Shown: piece after piece, positions 58,782 through 64,000 of the stretch | How the letters are laid out: each line of letters opens with the position of its first letter | How positions within the stretch are numbered: the first letter of the stretch is position 1 | Source of the DNA: Macrostomum hystrix | Taxonomy: Eukaryota > Animalia > Platyhelminthes | NCBI GenBank assembly: GCA_950097015.1 | Contig: CATNEN010000015.1 | Coordinates: forward strand, 1,426,001 to 1,490,000 | Length of the DNA stretch: 64,000 nt | Direction of reading: 5' to 3' | Translations under genes and position numbers: made by a program | Notes under the pieces: generated by a model | What the model saw: the letters and a program-made list of their open reading frames with translations, nothing else | Database searches by the model: none | Told to the model about the DNA's origin: nothing

Positions 58782-61700
58782 TCACATCCAGCCGTCGTCG
58801 TAGTCGTTGTTACTCAGAGCACAGTCAGATTCTCCCGCGTTTCCCTGCGGCTTGCGCAGGTTGAGCCGCAGCTCCCCGGTGCCTGTTGAGCCGGCGGCGG
58901 CGGCGGCGGAGGCGGCGGCTGCTGCGGCTGCAGCAGCGGCGGCTGATGCGGAGGACATCTCGCCGAGTCCCGGAGAACAGGAGAGTCTGTCCTCATCGTC
59001 GTAGTGAAAGGATCTGGAGTGAGCGGAGGAATTCTGTCACCTGCTTTGGAGGCCATCAACTTGTGACTTGAAATGTACTCATCACACTCAGCTACAACGT
59101 GGGGTGAGTGGCCGAGCGGTTACCGCGTCTGCCCCTCGCACCAACGTCCCTCAGCTTGATTCCGCGGCGATGCCACATCAGTTTAGGGCGCAGCCGCGGA
59201 GAGAAGGCTTGGGCTTGTCGTGCAATTTCCAAGGCACGGTGAAAGTGTGCACTGCCTGACGATGAGAAAGTCAGGGCAGATGTACACTTGCGTACGTGTG
59301 TGCTCAGGAGTCAGTAAAATGGGCGGAATGGCCTCCTCGCTGGCTGCAGCCTCTGTAAAACACTGAACTTTGAAATCGAATAGAAAACTGTAGATAATTA
59401 TTACAAAGGACTAGTCGAGCATTACTGGCTTGTATTAGCTATTACTGGCCTATGCTCCACTAGCAGATGCAGGTACACAAACAAGTGCGCAATAAATGAG
59501 GCGTGCAGACGTGTTTCATAACGGCCAGGTTGTGTGAGCAGTTAATCAAGAAGGCAGCGCGGGCTTCTCTAAAGGGTTTGTCGGACTATTAACATCAGAG
59601 ATATTCGGCGGACAACACGTCAGCTAAGATGACAATCGGAATATTCACAATGAGAAGTTACTATGACTTTATCGGTTGGCCAGACACGCAAATAAAATCT
59701 CAACAACATTGCAACACAAGTCAACTGAAGCCCGCAATTAGCTGAGAAGGATTATAACAAATATTGGTAATGCGATGCACTTTAACAGCTGCAACTTTAC
59801 GCGATCGCGGAAATAACAAAGTTATACTTTTCAAATCGTTGTTTTAAATAATAAATACATAAGAACAATATGCGCGCTGTGCTACTAATGGTTTTCAGCA
59901 GTAGGCATGTAAGCATATGCATTCACTAGCTAGACTAACGAGGCGCATAATATTCTTATGGCGCAAGCTGCTTGACTTCTACAGTACAACAGAGGCCAGC
60001 AGTTCAACCCAGCTCAATCACATGGGGTTGTCTGAGCATGGCTATTCTGATTTCAACTTACCTGTGAGTTGGCCGCACTGCTTTCACTTAAAAAATGGGA
60101 GTTAGAACGATATTTTTTATGGGATAAATATGAAAAAACCGAGGGATCATCGCTATGTACATGCCTCTTGTATAAGTAATTTTTTGCACTTATATTTTCT
60201 AGATGCGTGAGTGACTGAAATAGAGGAGTGACTGAAGCTGAGGAGTGACTAAAGTTCAAGAGTGACTGAAATAGAGGAGTGACTGAAGCTGAGGAGTGAC
60301 TAAAGTTCAGGAGTGACTGAAACTGAGGAGTGACTGAAGCTGAGGAGTGACTGAAGTTCAGGAGTGACTGAAGTTCAGCAGTGACTGAAGTTCAGGAGTG
60401 ACTGAAATCGAAGAGTCTACAGATCCCAAGCTAATAGATCCCACAAACGTGACGCACCTCCTCGAAGGCTCCGCTGGTGCAGCTCGCAGATTCCAGCCTC
60501 ACCTTTGGGCGCCTGCTTGGCCGACTTCGAGCGGCACCTGAGGCGGGACAGCAGGTGCACCACCAGGGTGAGGAACAGGCTGATGCTCAGGGTGCTCGTG
60601 ATCAGGAACAGAACCCGGTCTGCGGGTGCAGGCGAGTGGAGCTTGTACTCAAGTTTAGCGGATTCGGTCTTGCAGGGGAATGTGACAGGTAAAATGCATG
60701 GAAGAAGAGGAGAGGAGTAAAAGGGGAGATCTTTAGAGAAGGGTGAAAAGGGGAGATCTGTAGAGGGGTGAGAATGGGAGATCTGTAGAAGGGTGAGAAT
60801 GGGAGATCTGTAGGAGGGTGAGAAGGGGTGATCTGTAGGAGGGTGAGAATGGGAGATCTGTAGGAGGGTGAGAATGGGAGATCTGTAGGAGGGTGACAAT
60901 GGCAGATCTGTAGGAGGGTGAGAAGGGGGATCTGTAGGAGGGTGAGAATGGGAGATCTGTAGGAGGGTGAGAAGGGGATCTGTAGGAGGGTGAGAAGGGG
61001 AGATCTGTAGGAGGGTGAGAATGGGGGATCTGTAGGAGGGTAAGAATGAGAGATCTGTAGGAGGGTAAGAGTGGGAGATCTGTAGGAGGGTGAGAAGAGG
61101 TGATCTGCTGTAGGAGGGTGAGAAGGGGTGATCTGTAGGAGGGTAAGAACGGGAGATCTGTAGGAGGGTGAGAAGGGGAGATCTGTAGGAAGGTGAGAAG
61201 GGGTGATCTGTAGGAGGGTGAGAAGGGGTGATCTGTAGGAGGGTGAGAAGGGGTGATCTGTAGGAGGGTGAGCAGGGGGATCTGTATGAGGGTGAGAAGG
61301 GGTGATCTGTAGGAGGGTGAGAATGGGAGATCTGTAGGAGGGTGAGAAGGGGTGATCTGTAGAGGGGTGAGAATGGGAGATCTGTAGAAGGGTGAGAATG
61401 AGAGATCTGTAGGAGGGTAAGAATGGGAGATCTGTAGGAGGGTGAGAAGGGGGATCTGTAGGAGGGTGAGAAGGGGTGATCTGTAGGAGGGTGAGAAGGG
61501 GTGATCTGTAGGAGGGTGAGAAGGGGTGATCTGTAGGAGGGTGAGAAGGGGTGATCTGTAGGAGGGTGAGAAGGGGGATCTGTAGGAGGGTGAGAAGGGG
61601 AGTTCTGTAGGAGGGTGAGAAGGGGGATCTGTAGGAGGGTGAGAAGGGGGATCTGTAGGAGGGTGAGAAGGGGAGTTCTGTAGGAGGGTGAGAAGGGGGA

Positions 61701-62544
61701 TCTGTAGGAGGGTGAGAAGGGGTGATCTGTAGGAGGGTGAGAAGGGGTGATCTGTAGGAGGGTGAGAAGGGGTGATCTGTAGGAGGGTGAGAAGGGGTGA
61801 TCTGTAGGAGGGTGAGAAGGGGGATCTGTAGGAGGGTGAGAAGGGGAGTTCTGTAGGAGGGTGAGAAGGGGAGTTCTGTAGGAGGGTGAGAGGGGTAGAT
61901 TTGTAGGGGATAATGAAAGGATTTTGGTGTCGCCTGAGTTTACCTGGCGCCTGTGTCTGCACAATTCGGACTGCCGTTGGTGGGCTGCGCACCTTCTGCT
62001 CCATCTGCAGCTTGACTGTGAGGGCCACGAAGCTGCGAACAGAGAGTCAGGATGAAAATATCAGGTGTGTGAGCACACACTCCATTCTGAGTCAAACAAA
62101 CATACTCTTGAGACCCATATATAGTAAGCATCGAATCACCACATGTGAGTGAATAAGACAAGGGATTATCAAATAGCGCTTGATGCAAATTGGCTGCCGA
62201 CAAATCAAAATAAACATTGGATTTTTTTGTTATAACGAGACAAACTTTGTTAAAGTGTGCGTAAATGTTAAAAACCATTTCTGCCTGTACGTGAATTCAG
62301 ATAAGCATTTGGTGAGGTGCGGTATAGGCCGAGTTATGAGTAGTATGCCATGTATATTCGCGGAGTTATTGTTTACAATATTCATTTTGGATTATTTGTT
62401 GAATTGAATTACAGTTAGATTAGCATTTGGGGTTTCACTGTGCGAAACTACTGACAGTAGAACATGCGAGATTGGGCAGTCACTGCGAAATGCTTGTTAA
62501 ATTTGGTGCTAATACCAAATCTTTCTGTTGGGACGATAATGTCA

Positions 62545-62591
<47 letters not shown>

Positions 62592-62596
62592 CTGGG

Positions 62597-62676
<80 letters not shown>

Positions 62677-62712
62677 AGTCTGTCTGTCTGCCTGTCTGTC
62701 TGTCTGTCTGCC

Positions 62713-62745
<33 letters not shown>

Positions 62746-62760
62746 GCCTGTCTGTCTGCC

Positions 62761-62805
<45 letters not shown>

Positions 62806-63041
62806 GCAAATTAGCTCGCACTTTAGACTTTCACCTCTTCAACAAATTTTTGCTAATAGCGTCATCCTCTTTGCTCTGAGAGTGTTTCTGCTGCTGCTGC
62901 TGCTGTTGCTGTTGCTGTCTGCCCCTGCTGTCGCCGCTCGAGTGCCGCTTGTCGCTAGTTTCGGATCGCCTGCTGCCGCCGCTTACTCGTGTTCTCGAGT
63001 CGCTGCCCGGATGCTTGATTCCCGACATCGGCATCTGGCTG
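58782..63041 (-). CDS. Unrecognised single-pass membrane protein; exons ~63041(ATG 63034)-62835, 62032-61944, 60619-60503, 60077-60062 (16-nt microexon), 59013-58782; 5' exons probably outside the window
   Basis: All junctions are GT-AG with matching phases (2,1,1,2) and C/G-ending codon bias. TM helix [22 protein letters not shown] followed by basic SRLRCRSK. C-terminus ...[10 protein letters not shown]...poly-Ala...NNDYDDGWM*. Confidence 0.72.
59101..59165 (+). mobile_element. tRNA-like SINE head remnant, in the last intron of the minus-strand membrane-protein gene
   Basis: GGGGTGAGTGGCCGAGCGGTTACCGCGTCTGCC... carries an A-box-like TGGCCGAGCGG and resembles the heads at 16075(-) and 57900(-). 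Confidence 0.55.
60208..60415. repeat. 17-bp minisatellite (GAGTGACTGAAGTTCAG)n, ~12 copies
   Basis: Periodicity directly visible. Confidence 0.92.
60725..61905. repeat. 25-bp minisatellite (GGGTGAGAAGGGGTGATCTGTAGGA)n, ~47 copies, intronic
   Basis: Periodicity directly visible. Confidence 0.96.
62545..62806. repeat. (GTCT)n microsatellite
   Basis: Directly visible. Confidence 0.97.
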
Positions 63042-63284
63042 CTGATGGCAGCGTTCAGAAGCGATGGCAACAGAGGCGAGTGAATATTGCGCAATAAATC
63101 AGGCAGGTGCCTCTGAGACAGCTATTAACAGGGTAGCGGCTTGTTTATTGTGCTATTTCTTGGAAACGATACTCCGGGATTTTAGCATTCGCTGCGCAAG
63201 CATTGTAAGCCAAAGCGCGTTATTGGTTGCGGTGCTGAAGATTATGACACGGCGTTCTACCTGCTAGAATAGGAACTATACTGC

Positions 63285-63735
63285 GATTGTTTCACCTGTT
63301 TGGAGAGAGGCTAAACCTGTTGGACAGGTGATTGTTTCACCTGTTTGGAGAGAGGCTAAACCTGTTGGACAGGTGATTGTTTCACCTGTTTGGAGAGAGG
63401 CTAAACCTGTTGGACAGGTGATTGTTTCACCTGTTTGGAGAGAGGCTAAACCTGTTGGACAGGTGATTGTTTCACCTGTTTGGAGAGAGGCTAAACCTGT
63501 TGGACAGGTGATTGTTTCACCTGTTTGGAGAGAGGCTAAACCTGTTGGACAGGTGAGTGTTTCACCTGTTTGGAGAGAGGCTAAACCTGTTGAACAGGTG
63601 ATTGTTTCACCTGTTTGGAGAGAGGCTAAACCTGTTGGACAGGTGATTGTTTCACCTGTTTGGAGAGAGGCTAAACCTGTTGAACAGGTGATTGTTTCAC
63701 CTGTTTGGAGAGAGGCTAAACCTGTTGGACAGGCG
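63285..63735. repeat. 45-bp minisatellite (GATTGTTTCACCTGTTTGGAGAGAGGCTAAACCTGTTGGACAGGT)n, 10 copies
   Basis: Periodicity directly visible; units are near-identical. Confidence 0.97.
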
Positions 63736-64000
63736 ATGATGTAGGCCCATTGTTACGTGCCTTGAGTGTCTATGGCCACGAGTCGCTATGACTGTCTGGC
63801 TAAACCATCAATAGCTTAGGGCCATAGACAATTGCAGAAAATGATTTATTGCTTTTACTGTCTATGGGTAAAAATGGGCGAATGCCAGTGAGAAAGGCAA
63901 TACATTGCATGAAAAAATTACACATAATTTTTTCGCATTAATCAAGTGAACGCTGCGACTCTAGTGCATTGTGCACGGTTAGGATGGCAGTTTAATCACG

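Noticed and set aside
56100-62028. Long repetitive ORFs at 56.1-57.4 kb and 60.4-62.0 kb
   Set aside because: They are minisatellite translations; the real exons embedded in them were modelled separately.
62882-63097. Plus-strand poly-Leu signal-peptide-like ORF
   Set aside because: It has no ATG start, and it is the antisense of a poly-Gln exon whose donor phase fits the downstream minus-strand exons.
42727-63735. Regular arrays as possible CRISPR loci
   Set aside because: The units are contiguous with no unique spacers, there are no cas genes, and the context is eukaryotic and intronic.

Overview
This is eukaryotic (metazoan) genomic DNA with spliceosomal introns; there are no prokaryotic systems or CRISPR arrays. 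GC-rich codon usage, poly-Ala exons and introns packed with minisatellites resemble a free-living flatworm such as Macrostomum, but that assignment is inference only. The first 22 kb is a transposon-riddled tandem cluster of three apparently intact, secreted fibrinogen-related (FReD) genes on the minus strand (A 2016-4970, B 11159-13441, C 18155-21807), plus an inverted chimeric fragment. Each gene encodes a signal peptide, two copies of a Cys-containing domain I cannot assign to a family, and a C-terminal fibrinogen domain. The copies are mosaics of one another, and the B/C amino-acid differences are densest in the fibrinogen P-subdomain loops. RTE-type LINE remnants, an RNase H-bearing LINE remnant, a 5'-truncated Gypsy element, a tRNA-headed SINE, a mariner and a foldback MITE are inserted in this cluster. 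From 24 to 64 kb lie ARL3 (-), UNC50 (+), a delta/zeta-group tubulin that looks like zeta-tubulin (+), a LIV-1-family ZIP zinc transporter (+, with a Tc1/IS630-like element in intron 1), and an unrecognised single-pass membrane protein gene with a 16-nt microexon (-, probably incomplete at its 5' end). About 20 different minisatellite arrays explain most of the long ORFs in the track. All gene models were built by hand from GT-AG sites and reading-frame phase.
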